Assembly: GCA_041641305.1 (NCBI GenBank)
Contig: JBEPYN010000001.1
Span: 672,001 to 736,000 of the forward strand
Direction of reading: 5' to 3'
From: Nitrososphaerota archaeon
Lineage (GTDB): Archaea; Thermoproteota; Nitrososphaeria_A; Caldarchaeales; Caldarchaeaceae
Length of the DNA: 64,000 bases
Shown: one piece after another, positions 1 through 8,595 of the stretch
Numbering within the stretch: the stretch's first letter is position 1
Layout of the letters: the number at the start of each line of letters is the position of its first letter
Notes under the pieces: model-generated
Told to the model about the DNA's origin: nothing
Seen by the model: the letters and a program-made list of their open reading frames with translations, nothing else
The model's database searches: none
Position numbers and translations under genes: made by a program

Positions 1-197
1 ACTTTGAAGTGGAGGGAGACGGCGGCGTTTCCACGTGTTTTGAACGGGCAGTTGGGGTTAAGACGTATGAGACGGCTCAGCTCATGCTTCTCACACCCCT
101 GCGCCAAAAGCCTCCGCTCAGCAACCGCCGCCACATACGTCGTGCACATCCCCCTAACCGAGTCCGTGTCATCGACACCTATCCAAAGCAGCGCCAC
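1..197 (-). CDS. tiaS: tRNA(Ile2) agmatinylcytidine synthetase, N-terminal part (runs off the window edge)
   Basis: Not in ORF track. Manual minus-strand translation from GTG at 197 gives MALLWIGVDDTDSVRGMCTTYVAA...RLIRLNPNCPFKTRGNAAVSLHFK, matching the TiaS motifs DDTDS-x-GMCTTY and RLNPN-x-P-x-KTRGN. Confidence 0.9.
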   Translation of the reverse strand, partial: MALLWIGVDDTDSVRGMCTTYVAAVAERRLLAQGCEKHELSRLIRLNPNCPFKTRGNAAVSLHFK

Positions 198-278
198 AAC
201 CACAACAACAGAATCCCCGCAAATAGATGTTGCGCGGTGAAGCATTAAATAACGCCGTTTTGATTGTGTTGGTTGAAG

Positions 279-1433
279 GTGAGAGCCCTAATCACGGAAA
301 CTGTTTCACTGTCTTTTGAGGAGATTAAGAGGTATGGACGGCACCTCATAATCCCAGAGGTGGGTATGGCGGGTCAGAAGAAGCTGAAGAGCGCTAAAGT
401 GCTTGTTGTCGGCGCCGGAGGCCTCGGCTCACCCATCTCGCTCTACCTCGCCGCCGCCGGAGTAGGCAAAATAGGGCTGGTCGACTTCGACCTCGTCGAC
501 GAAAGCAACCTCCAGCGACAGGTTCTCTACACAGCCAAGGACGTTAAGAGGCCCAAACTCGAGGTGGCGAAGGAAAGGCTGACGGCCTTGAACCCCCACA
601 TCGAGGTCGAGACATATGAGACGAGGCTGACCTCGGAAAACGCCTTGGACATCATAAAGGAGTATGACATCGTCGTCGACGGCACGGACAACTTTCCGAC
701 GCGGTATCTCGTGAACGATGCATGCGTCCTCCTCGGAAAACCAAACGTCTACGGCAGCATTTTCAGGTTTGATGGACAGGTCTCTGTTTTTGATGCGCGG
801 AGAGGCCCGTGCTACAGGTGTCTTTACCCCGAGCCGCCGCCGCCTGGTCTTGTTCCAAGCTGTGCCGAGGGGGGTGTGCTGGGTGTTTTGCCGGGCGTCA
901 TAGGCGCATTACAAGCCATGGAGACGATTAAGCTGATCATCGGCATCGGCGAGCCGTTGATAGGGAGGCTTCTTCTCTTCGACGGCCTCCACATGTCCTT
1001 CACGGAGCTGAAGCTGCGAAAAGACCCCAACTGCGTCATCTGCGGCCCCAACCCGCGGATACACGAGCTGATAGACTATGAGGCCTTCTGCGGCGTAACA
1101 CCTTCAACCGACACAGGCATGCACATAACGCCCGAGGAGCTTCACCAGAAGCTGCAGAGAGGTGAGAAGGTGTTTCTCCTCGACGTCCGCGAACCCGTCG
1201 AATACGAGATATGCCATCTCGAGAACGCCGTCCTCATACCGTTGTCCAAGCTACCCGAGCACGTCAACAAGCTCAGCCTAACCGATGAAATCGTCGCCTA
1301 CTGCCACACAGGTGTGCGCAGCAGCATGGCCGTCAAGCTCCTCCGCGACCTCGGGTTCACCCGTGTGAAAAACCTCGCAGGCGGAATAGATGCATGGGCC
1401 GAGCGCGTAGATCCAAGCATGCCTAGGTACTAG
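279..1433 (+). CDS. moeB: MoeB/ThiF (E1-like) adenylyltransferase with C-terminal rhodanese domain (MoeZ/UbaA-like)
   Basis: RYGRHLI, GAGGLG, SNLQRQ, CYRC, PSCAEGGVLG, and rhodanese CHTGVRS / LAGGIDAW. Start codon uncertain (264-279). Confidence 0.9.
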   Translation: MRALITETVSLSFEEIKRYGRHLIIPEVGMAGQKKLKSAKVLVVGAGGLGSPISLYLAAAGVGKIGLVDFDLVDESNLQRQVLYTAKDVKRPKLEVAKERLTALNPHIEVETYETRLTSENALDIIKEYDIVVDGTDNFPTRYLVNDACVLLGKPNVYGSIFRFDGQVSVFDARRGPCYRCLYPEPPPPGLVPSCAEGGVLGVLPGVIGALQAMETIKLIIGIGEPLIGRLLLFDGLHMSFTELKLRKDPNCVICGPNPRIHELIDYEAFCGVTPSTDTGMHITPEELHQKLQRGEKVFLLDVREPVEYEICHLENAVLIPLSKLPEHVNKLSLTDEIVAYCHTGVRSSMAVKLLRDLGFTRVKNLAGGIDAWAERVDPSMPRY

Positions 1434-2532
1434 GCGGCGGAGGCGGAGGAGGAAGAGCAGGCGGAGAGCGCCACATTCTTCTCCTCGACAAACCATATGA
1501 AAACGCTGCAACAACTGCGGCGAGAATGAGGAAAGCCTCCGCGTAGGCGATGTTTCGGTGCAGTAGGTTTTCGTCGCTTAGCATGCTGTAGCGGAGACGG
1601 AGGTCGGCGAGCTCCCTGCTTCTCTCATCGAGCTGAGACTGCAGGTAGCCTATCTGCTGCTTAGCAGACTCGTGCCGCGTAACCAACACATCATAGAGCT
1701 CGTGTAGCTGGTTGAAAGAAGCCTGCAACATGCTATATTCCTTGGTGAGGTTACGATAATCGTGGAGAAGCTGTTGATAGCTTGCGGAGAGCGCCTCGTT
1801 TTCTCTGCTCAGCATCTCGTAGCTGGCCTGTAACGCTTTCAACTCACCAACAGTGGCCACATACCTATCATTCAGCCGCCGGTATTCATCCGACATGGTT
1901 TGGATACGTTGCTCAAGCCGCTGAATCTCCTCCATGGAGCTGTTCAGACGTGTCGTGAGCGTTGCCGCAGTGTTGAGAGCCTCTTCGAGACGGTTCCTGA
2001 GCATGTTTATTTCTGTTTCAAGGTTTTGGATGGTTGCGCGCAGCTGGTTTATCTGCTGTTGTGCGTTGTTGAGCTCGTTTAACAGGTCTTGGTATGTTCG
2101 CGTGCTGACTGTTGCGATGTGCCATGTATGTGTTAGTGGCTGGTATGTTGTTTCGCGTGTGTAGTTGGCGAAGAACGTTGCTGTGACCACGGGGTCACGT
2201 CGCTGCACGTTGGGCACGCAGATGCTGTAGGTTTTGACGATGTTGCCGCCCGAGGAATATAGTGTCGGCGTGGAGACAACGTTGTCCACCAGGAGCGTGG
2301 TTGTCCCGGCTTCTGACGTGTAGCTCACCTTCAACCACATCCTTTCCACGTCAACATCCCCCAGAAAAGTAACCTGAAAAACCAAGGTGAAGCAATCCCC
2401 TACACGCAGCTCAACCGGATAACTCAACACAACCTTAAGCCTCGCATCGTCAACAAGCGAGGAAAAACCATCCGCCCCCGCCAACGGCAACAACAAAACC
2501 AACACCAAAAACGATAGAACAAAGAGCCTCAT
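1423..2532 (-). CDS. Secreted, membrane-anchored coiled-coil protein (signal peptide, beta-rich domain, long coiled coil, C-terminal TM helix, poly-Pro tail)
   Basis: N-terminus MRLFVLSFLVLVLLLPLAGA is signal-like; heptad-rich L/Q/E region; AFLILAAVVAAFSYGL is TM-like; tail PPALPPPPPPPST. Confidence 0.75.
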   Translation of the reverse strand: MRLFVLSFLVLVLLLPLAGADGFSSLVDDARLKVVLSYPVELRVGDCFTLVFQVTFLGDVDVERMWLKVSYTSEAGTTTLLVDNVVSTPTLYSSGGNIVKTYSICVPNVQRRDPVVTATFFANYTRETTYQPLTHTWHIATVSTRTYQDLLNELNNAQQQINQLRATIQNLETEINMLRNRLEEALNTAATLTTRLNSSMEEIQRLEQRIQTMSDEYRRLNDRYVATVGELKALQASYEMLSRENEALSASYQQLLHDYRNLTKEYSMLQASFNQLHELYDVLVTRHESAKQQIGYLQSQLDERSRELADLRLRYSMLSDENLLHRNIAYAEAFLILAAVVAAFSYGLSRRRMWRSPPALPPPPPPPST

Positions 2533-2607
2533 ACAAAAAGGCTCTACACGGCGGCCTATAAGCTCTGTCAAAAAATTGTTTAAAAACAGGAGACGCATCT
2601 CGTTTTT

Positions 2608-3429
2608 GTGCAGAGAAGCGTTCTCGAGGAGCTGCTGGACATCGACTATGACGAGACCGCCTCCGCTATTCAGGGGTTTATCGCGGAGAGGCTGCGGCTA
2701 AGCGGTGCTTCGGGGCTTGTTCTCGGTCTCAGCGGCGGAGTTGACTCGAGTGTCGTGGCGGCGTTGTGTACACGGGCTGTTCCGCGGGAGAAGATTCTGG
2801 GACTAATCATGCCGACCGGTTTCACACCTGATCAGGATGTCGCCGACGCACTAGCTCTCGCAGAAAAACTCGGCATATCCACGCGATACATATCAATCGA
2901 CCCTATTGTTCAAAGCTACGCTGAGCGTCTTGGCGTTGGAGTTGATGAGCCTGGTGCGAGAATGGCTTATGCAAACCTAAGGGCCAGAATAAGGATGACG
3001 CTCCTCTATTTCCAAGCAAACCTCCACAACATGCTCGTGGTGGGGACGGGTGATAGGAGCGAGCTTCTCCTCGGATACTACACCAAGTATGGAGACGGCG
3101 GGGTTGACATTCTACCGATAGCTGGACTGTATAAGACACAGGTCAGAAGGCTCGGCCAAGCTCTTGGCTTACCAGAGCAGATAGTGAATAAGCCCAGCAG
3201 CCCCCAGCTCTACCCCGGACACAGAGCAATAGACGAGTTGCCCGGCGACTACACCATCCTCGACCCCATACTCTACCTACTCTTCGACAAAAAACATTCA
3301 CCGCAACAGGTTGTCGAGAAAGGATTTGAGAAACGGGTTGTGGACGCGGTTTTGGCAAGGTATGAGGGCAGTTTTCACAAACGGGAGATGCCTCCCACAG
3401 GACCTAGACCGGTTCCCGTCACTCGATAA
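2608..3429 (+). CDS. nadE: NH3-dependent NAD+ synthetase
   Basis: GLSGGVDS, NLRARIRM, GYYTKYGDGGVD motifs; no glutaminase domain. Confidence 0.93.
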   Translation: MQRSVLEELLDIDYDETASAIQGFIAERLRLSGASGLVLGLSGGVDSSVVAALCTRAVPREKILGLIMPTGFTPDQDVADALALAEKLGISTRYISIDPIVQSYAERLGVGVDEPGARMAYANLRARIRMTLLYFQANLHNMLVVGTGDRSELLLGYYTKYGDGGVDILPIAGLYKTQVRRLGQALGLPEQIVNKPSSPQLYPGHRAIDELPGDYTILDPILYLLFDKKHSPQQVVEKGFEKRVVDAVLARYEGSFHKREMPPTGPRPVPVTR

Positions 3430-4639
3430 ACTCGCGGCCGATGACTTCACGGGCCACTATCAGCTTCAGGATGTTCTCGGCGCCCTCTGCTCCGACGACG
3501 TAGCTGAAGGCCGCGAGCCAAGCCCTGAAAATCGGTGTTTCCTTGAAGTAGGATGCGCCGCCATAGATTTTCATCACTTCCTCGCCTATGTCGACGGAGA
3601 GTGATGCGCATCGGAGCTTTGCCATGGCTCCGAGTTTGGCGACGTCCCCGAGTGTGCCTACACCGTCTCTGTAGTATCGGTCGGCTGTCCACGCAGCCTT
3701 GTAGCTCAGTAGTTTGGCCGCCTCTAGTGCTGAGGCGAATTCGGCTATTTTGAGGCTGATGCCTTGGTAGGCTGCTATCGGTTTTCCAAACACTTTTCTC
3801 GTCCTAACCCATTCAACGGCCCTCTCCATCAGCCACTCGGCGCATCCAACACACACCGCTCCAATCATGGTTCTCGCAAGGTTGAAGCCCTCCATCGCGA
3901 TCTTGAAGCCACCGTTCACCTCACCCACTCTATAGACATCATCCACCTCCACATTCTCAAACGTAAGCACAGATGTGTCGAGACCTCTTCGCGCAAACTC
4001 TGTCCACGGCTTGTAGCGGATACCTTTCGTCAACACACCGTTCTTCTTCATCAACAGCAGGAAGTCTGTTATCGTGCGGTGTTTGAGGCCGGGGTCGCCG
4101 CTTCTCGCTATCAGAAACCAGCCGCCGCCCCACGGCATCTTCTCAATAACCGTGGGAAGCGAGACCATCGACTTCTCACCCGATATCAGCCATTTTCCAT
4201 CACCTCTCCTCTCGGCCCTGACCTGCACAGACGCGACATCGCTTCCACCATGGGCCTCCGTGCTAGCTATTCCTATGGCGGCTTCGCCCGCCGCAACACG
4301 TGGAAGAACCTCCTGCTTCGCCTCCTCCAAACCATATCTCTGAATGATGTAGGGCCATGAACACTGTAGAAGATACATGACAGCAATCGATAATGCGGGG
4401 CCGTGGTAAGCGAGCTGCTCGGCGGCGATCGCCGCCTCTAGAAAAGACCCATCCTGTCCACCGTATTCGGATGAGATGGTCATCCCCATCAACCCGACCT
4501 CAGCCATCTTCTCGATAATCTCCCTGTCTATCTCACCCTTGTCATCCACCTCAATCCACCTAGGCTCGATAACTCTTTTGCAGAACTCTGAAACCTTGTC
4601 ACGGAGAAGCTGCTGCTCACTATTTAGACGGAAATCCAT
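3419..4639 (-). CDS. Acyl-CoA dehydrogenase family protein
   Basis: EYGGQD, ASTEAHGGSD, GEVNGGFKIAM, RKVFGKPI, YGGASY motifs. Confidence 0.88.
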   Translation of the reverse strand: MDFRLNSEQQLLRDKVSEFCKRVIEPRWIEVDDKGEIDREIIEKMAEVGLMGMTISSEYGGQDGSFLEAAIAAEQLAYHGPALSIAVMYLLQCSWPYIIQRYGLEEAKQEVLPRVAAGEAAIGIASTEAHGGSDVASVQVRAERRGDGKWLISGEKSMVSLPTVIEKMPWGGGWFLIARSGDPGLKHRTITDFLLLMKKNGVLTKGIRYKPWTEFARRGLDTSVLTFENVEVDDVYRVGEVNGGFKIAMEGFNLARTMIGAVCVGCAEWLMERAVEWVRTRKVFGKPIAAYQGISLKIAEFASALEAAKLLSYKAAWTADRYYRDGVGTLGDVAKLGAMAKLRCASLSVDIGEEVMKIYGGASYFKETPIFRAWLAAFSYVVGAEGAENILKLIVAREVIGREFIE

Positions 4640-4671
4640 GAAAATATGGTTTAGGCAGCACTATTTTTGGT

Positions 4672-4956
4672 TCATGGCCTCTCCACAACTATTTTCATGT
4701 AGCTGATGCGGCGGGTTTTGCCGTTGACCACAAACTCCTCGCTCCATGTGGAGATATCCTTTATCCGCAGGTTTTGGTGAAATGATTTGCGTAAAAGCTC
4801 GACGGTGTCCACACAGAGTGGGATGTTTTTTCCGCGTGCAACAAGCTCAACCTCCTTACTTCCCCTGTTGAAAAGCACAATCGAAGCGGTAACATACCTA
4901 AACACAGGCTTCTTCCCCACTATGACTAGACGCGGACGCTGGGCGCCGGACGCCAT
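4672..4956 (-). CDS. Alba-family DNA/RNA-binding protein (divergent paralog)
   Basis: VIVGKKPVFRYV, ARGKNI, VDTVE and ISYMKIV align with Alba motifs. Confidence 0.8.
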   Translation of the reverse strand: MASGAQRPRLVIVGKKPVFRYVTASIVLFNRGSKEVELVARGKNIPLCVDTVELLRKSFHQNLRIKDISTWSEEFVVNGKTRRISYMKIVVERP

Positions 4957-5072
4957 TACATCAATTAACTGAACTACGCTATTTAAGCTATCGGCATACA
5001 CCATGAAGGCCGCTTTTCAAGGCGTTTTCCACTAACACTTATATCCGGGTCAGCGAGCTGGGTTTGACTCAA

Positions 5073-5330
5073 ATGGATGAAGAAAAGCGGTTTTCGAAAA
5101 AAGGTTGGCTGAGCCAGACGCCTGAGGGTGATTTGCTTCTTGTCAACGAGGACGGAGAAGCCTACAAGGTTAACGAAGCTGTGATAGCTGTGTGGAACCT
5201 GTTTGAGAACAAGACTGTTTCCGATGTTGTGGGCGAGGTTGCGGAGCAGGTGAACCGCGACCCAGCCGAGTTGAAGGAAGCAATTGAGCAGCTTGCCGCG
5301 AAGCTTGTCGAAGCAGGGCTTATAGGCTAA
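5073..5330 (+). CDS. PqqD-family / RiPP recognition element (RRE) protein, stand-alone
   Basis: 85 aa: beta-rich N-terminus (LLLVNEDGEAYKVNE), then AVIAVWNLFENKTVSDVVGEV and ending KLVEAGLI, the typical PqqD pattern. TATA-like CTTATAT at ~5038. Confidence 0.75.
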   Translation: MDEEKRFSKKGWLSQTPEGDLLLVNEDGEAYKVNEAVIAVWNLFENKTVSDVVGEVAEQVNRDPAELKEAIEQLAAKLVEAGLIG

Positions 5331-5332
5331 GG

Positions 5333-7090
5333 CTATAGAAGAAGCGTCGCCAACATGATCGACAGCAACGGTACGGCGAGGGCGGCTACCCTGTAGACTC
5401 TCACCCCGAATGAGACCGCCTGCGACACCACGTCGAGGAAATCGCTGAAAACTTTCACGTTTTCCAGCGTGACTGTTTTGTGGGCTGCGGCGGCGTCTGC
5501 GAGGTCTTCGGCCGCCCGTTTATGCAGCTCGTCGAAAAGGGTGGCGAGTTTCTCGGGGGGGATAGCTTCGCCGAGTGGATGGTATCCTCTGCCGCCGAGG
5601 GAGACCGCGTTGACCATGTGTGTGTCGGTTGTGCACAGCTCGGTGTCCACGCATCCGTTTTCGCTCGCGACCTGCTGTAGAACATTCCTAACCCAAGGCA
5701 TGGCGTTGTTGGCGTCGGCCACAACCAGCGAGGTTTTCACACCATTCACCTCGAACAAGATGCATGATATCCCGCCTGCACCCACTCCATCGCTTGGCCC
5801 AATATCCGATGGAACCGCGCGAGCGTATCCGATGCGTATTTTTGACAAGGGGCTTGGACTCTGTTCAGAGGAATTTGTGAGAAACGTTCTTATTTTTTCT
5901 ATTGTTGTGTTGTCGAGGTTTTTCAGGTTGTCGCTGAAGCTGTTGTGCGAGTCGACGACTATTTTTTTGCTTGTGTGATGAGGTGGGAGCACTTCGGGTG
6001 GCAGGTCCTCCATCGGCTGTGGATGGAGTGTGAGGATTACCATCTCTTTGTCGGCGATGTTGACGGTGAGGCTGCTGACGCCGTCGAAGTTTGTGCGCCA
6101 CAGTCCACTGGCTTCCGTGAAGTATGCGCCGTTTTTCTCAAGCCGCTTGGCTTCTTCGGCGATTGTCTCGGCAACCTTCTCCGAAAGCTCTATGTTTGCG
6201 AGGTTTTTCTCATGGCTCGACAATCCCTTCAACACGATTGGCTGAAACCCTTTTTCTGCCAGCTTGTTCTGCAGAATTGCGGGAAACATGCTTGAGCCAA
6301 CCGCTCTAAACGGTCCCGGATGAATGTCCGAGACGACGAGTGCTACAGAAGGTTTCCCCACACGCCTCAACACGAACAACTCGCATCCGACACGGTCCTC
6401 GTTTCCCAGCCTCATCATCAACTCCTCAAGCTCTCTCGAGTGGCCCGAGAGAAGGCTTGCGAGAAATGCTTGAAGAAGCCTGAAGGGCCTGATGCCCTGA
6501 ATAGGCTTGGACAGGTCTATCAGGTGGCGGACAATTTCGAGAGAAACCACGCCTACTAAGAAGCTTGTAAGAGATATTTGGATGGCTTTGGACCAGTTGG
6601 CGAGAAAGGCCTGAAGCGTTAGCAGGTTGAGCAGCATGGGCGGTGTCGACAGCAGAGCGGCCAGAAGCGGAGTTATTCTGAAGCCGATGGCTCTTCTAAC
6701 CGAGTAGCTGAGGAAAACCGAGGAGGCCGCCGATGCGGCGAGGACCGCGACAGCTGCGGCAAGGTTGACCCATCTCAGGGGAGCGGATAACAGTATGCCC
6801 GCGAAAACGACACCCGTCTCCACGACCGAGAGCGAGTCGAGGCGGCGGCTCGTGTAGTTTGGGGATTTTCTTCCCAAGAATGCGGCTACAACCCTGTTTA
6901 GAAGAAGCGTCGAGGCGAGAACAGCTGCGAAAAATGCTGCAGAGATGAAAACATCCGCCGAATAAAGGTAGATTATCACAGTTGAGATGCTGGCCATGAC
7001 AAGCAGAGCCTCCAGCGAGGCTGCGCCCCCGTAAAACCCTTTGATGAGCCTGTATCTCTCGGCTATGTTACCTGCGGCGCTGCTCACCAT
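5333..7090 (-). CDS. DUF2070 family membrane protein
   Basis: N-terminal TM helices; IHPGPF-x-VGSS, SSHE, DSHNS, TTDTH motifs. Confidence 0.8.
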   Translation of the reverse strand: MVSSAAGNIAERYRLIKGFYGGAASLEALLVMASISTVIIYLYSADVFISAAFFAAVLASTLLLNRVVAAFLGRKSPNYTSRRLDSLSVVETGVVFAGILLSAPLRWVNLAAAVAVLAASAASSVFLSYSVRRAIGFRITPLLAALLSTPPMLLNLLTLQAFLANWSKAIQISLTSFLVGVVSLEIVRHLIDLSKPIQGIRPFRLLQAFLASLLSGHSRELEELMMRLGNEDRVGCELFVLRRVGKPSVALVVSDIHPGPFRAVGSSMFPAILQNKLAEKGFQPIVLKGLSSHEKNLANIELSEKVAETIAEEAKRLEKNGAYFTEASGLWRTNFDGVSSLTVNIADKEMVILTLHPQPMEDLPPEVLPPHHTSKKIVVDSHNSFSDNLKNLDNTTIEKIRTFLTNSSEQSPSPLSKIRIGYARAVPSDIGPSDGVGAGGISCILFEVNGVKTSLVVADANNAMPWVRNVLQQVASENGCVDTELCTTDTHMVNAVSLGGRGYHPLGEAIPPEKLATLFDELHKRAAEDLADAAAAHKTVTLENVKVFSDFLDVVSQAVSFGVRVYRVAALAVPLLSIMLATLLL

Positions 7091-7163
7091 CTTAGCCCAT
7101 GTGCCGTAAACTAGTTAAAAGAGTTAGTGCGCAGGCTTATATGCAGGGTTTTGGTTTTCTGGG

Positions 7164-8120
7164 TTGTTGCTTCGGCCGGGGAGAGACGGCGGAGTTGTGC
7201 TGTCTGTCAACGGGTTTTCGGCGGCTTTCGACACTCGTCCTCAGAAAGGCCTCGGCTTTGTTTCGCACGCTCACTCGGATCACGTGGCCACCGGCCGAAA
7301 CATCATCGCGACCCGTGAAACTATATCTCTGATTAGGAAAGTCTGGCAGATACCTGCGGGCTACAGACCCATACGCTACCGCGAAGCCATCCGCCTAAGC
7401 GACTCGGTCTCTGTTCAGGCGTTTAACTCGGGTCACGTGCTTGGGTCGGCCATGTTCAGGCTCGACGTCGGCGGCGAAACTCTCGTCTACACAGGGGACA
7501 TAAACACCGTCCAAACCCTGACCACCATTCCCGCAGAACCGGTTGACGCCGACATACTCGTCATCGAGACAACCTACGGCCACCCCGACTACGTTTTTCC
7601 GCCGAGACACGAGACCATGGCATGGATATTGAAATGGGTCTCCAAAACACTTGCGGAAGGCGATTTACCCGCTTTCAAGGCCTATTCCATCGGCAAGTCA
7701 CAGGAGCTTATCAAGCTCTTCAACACCTACACAAGCTTGCCCGTAGTGGTTGGAAAAACCGTGGCAAACGCTTCAAATACCTATGTAGAAAACGGTGTCA
7801 AGCTGGATTTCATGCGTTCGGGGACAAGGGAGGCGGTGGAGGTGCTTGGCGGAGGAGAAGCGGTTTACATAGATAGTCAGGCGAGGGGCGTGCCCGTGCA
7901 CAGACGGGTCAGGTGGGCTACAGTTACCGGCTGGGCTGTCAGGGGATGCCCCGAAGGGTTTGACGCAGCTTTTCCGCTCAGCAGCCACGCCGACTACCGA
8001 GGCCTCCTAAACTACGTCGAAGAAAACAGGCCCAAGAAAGTTTACACCATCCACGGCTTCTCCCAACTCTTTGCGAACATGCTGCGGCGACAAGGATTCG
8101 ACGCGACACCTTTCACATGA
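7164..8120 (+). CDS. MBL-fold / beta-CASP metallo-nuclease
   Basis: SHAHSDH, SGHVLGS, YTGD, ETTYG, LSSHAD, TIHG. Confidence 0.85.
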   Translation: MLLRPGRDGGVVLSVNGFSAAFDTRPQKGLGFVSHAHSDHVATGRNIIATRETISLIRKVWQIPAGYRPIRYREAIRLSDSVSVQAFNSGHVLGSAMFRLDVGGETLVYTGDINTVQTLTTIPAEPVDADILVIETTYGHPDYVFPPRHETMAWILKWVSKTLAEGDLPAFKAYSIGKSQELIKLFNTYTSLPVVVGKTVANASNTYVENGVKLDFMRSGTREAVEVLGGGEAVYIDSQARGVPVHRRVRWATVTGWAVRGCPEGFDAAFPLSSHADYRGLLNYVEENRPKKVYTIHGFSQLFANMLRRQGFDATPFT

Positions 8121-8150
8121 TGAAAACTTAAAATCAGCCAATCATCTTCT

Positions 8151-8330
8151 ATGGCTGGGTTGAGCTCAAAGAAACGTAAGGAGGCCCCTATGCCGGCCAC
8201 CGCCGCGGGGCTGCTGCGGTTTTTCGAAGACGAGTCGACGGGGGTTAAGGTGAGGCCCGAGATTGTTTTGGGCGCCTCGGCCGCGTTGATAGCCGCGGTG
8301 CTGATACTGAGGGCCCTGTTCCCGATTTAG
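8151..8330 (+). CDS. secG: Preprotein translocase subunit Sec61beta
   Basis: Not in ORF track (59 aa): MAGLSSKKRKEAPMPATAAGLLRFFEDESTGVKVRPEIVLGASAALIAAVLILRALFPI. AGLLRFF-x-E plus a C-terminal TM helix is the Sec61beta signature. Start could be TTG 8160. Confidence 0.9.
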   Translation: MAGLSSKKRKEAPMPATAAGLLRFFEDESTGVKVRPEIVLGASAALIAAVLILRALFPI

Positions 8331-8593
8331 CCCACAGCCTCCTCTATCGACGCCTGCCCAACGCCCGTAAGCCTCCACCGAACACCACGGCCTCTGCCCC
8401 TTTTCTCAACAACCCTGTCACGCCTAAGCCTCTTGAGATGATGGCGGACAACATGCAGCGGAAGACCTGTTTTTCTACTGATTTCCATGGTTGAGCATTC
8501 GCCTTCCTCGAGGGCTGTTATAATTTTCGACCGTGCCTCAAGTCCTTTTCTCACGTTCTTGACCGATGTGAGATAGGCGCGAGGGTTTATCAT
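8327..8593 (-). CDS. Winged-helix (ArsR-like) DNA-binding protein
   Basis: RSKIITAL...STMEISRKTGL..HVVRHHLKRL HTH pattern; lies directly downstream of DP2. Confidence 0.75.
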   Translation of the reverse strand: MINPRAYLTSVKNVRKGLEARSKIITALEEGECSTMEISRKTGLPLHVVRHHLKRLRRDRVVEKRGRGRGVRWRLTGVGQASIEEAVG

Positions 8594-8595
8594 AT

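Noticed and set aside
4-248. Two plus-strand ORFs (78 and 79 aa) at the window start
   Set aside because: They are shadows of the minus-strand tiaS N-terminus, which has clear conserved motifs.
5073-5330. PQQ biosynthesis cluster
   Set aside because: No pqqA/B/C/E-like genes are nearby.
8117-8123. ATGATGA C-box-like motif
   Set aside because: It coincides with the MBL stop codon and the Sec61beta promoter, and no correctly spaced D boxes follow.
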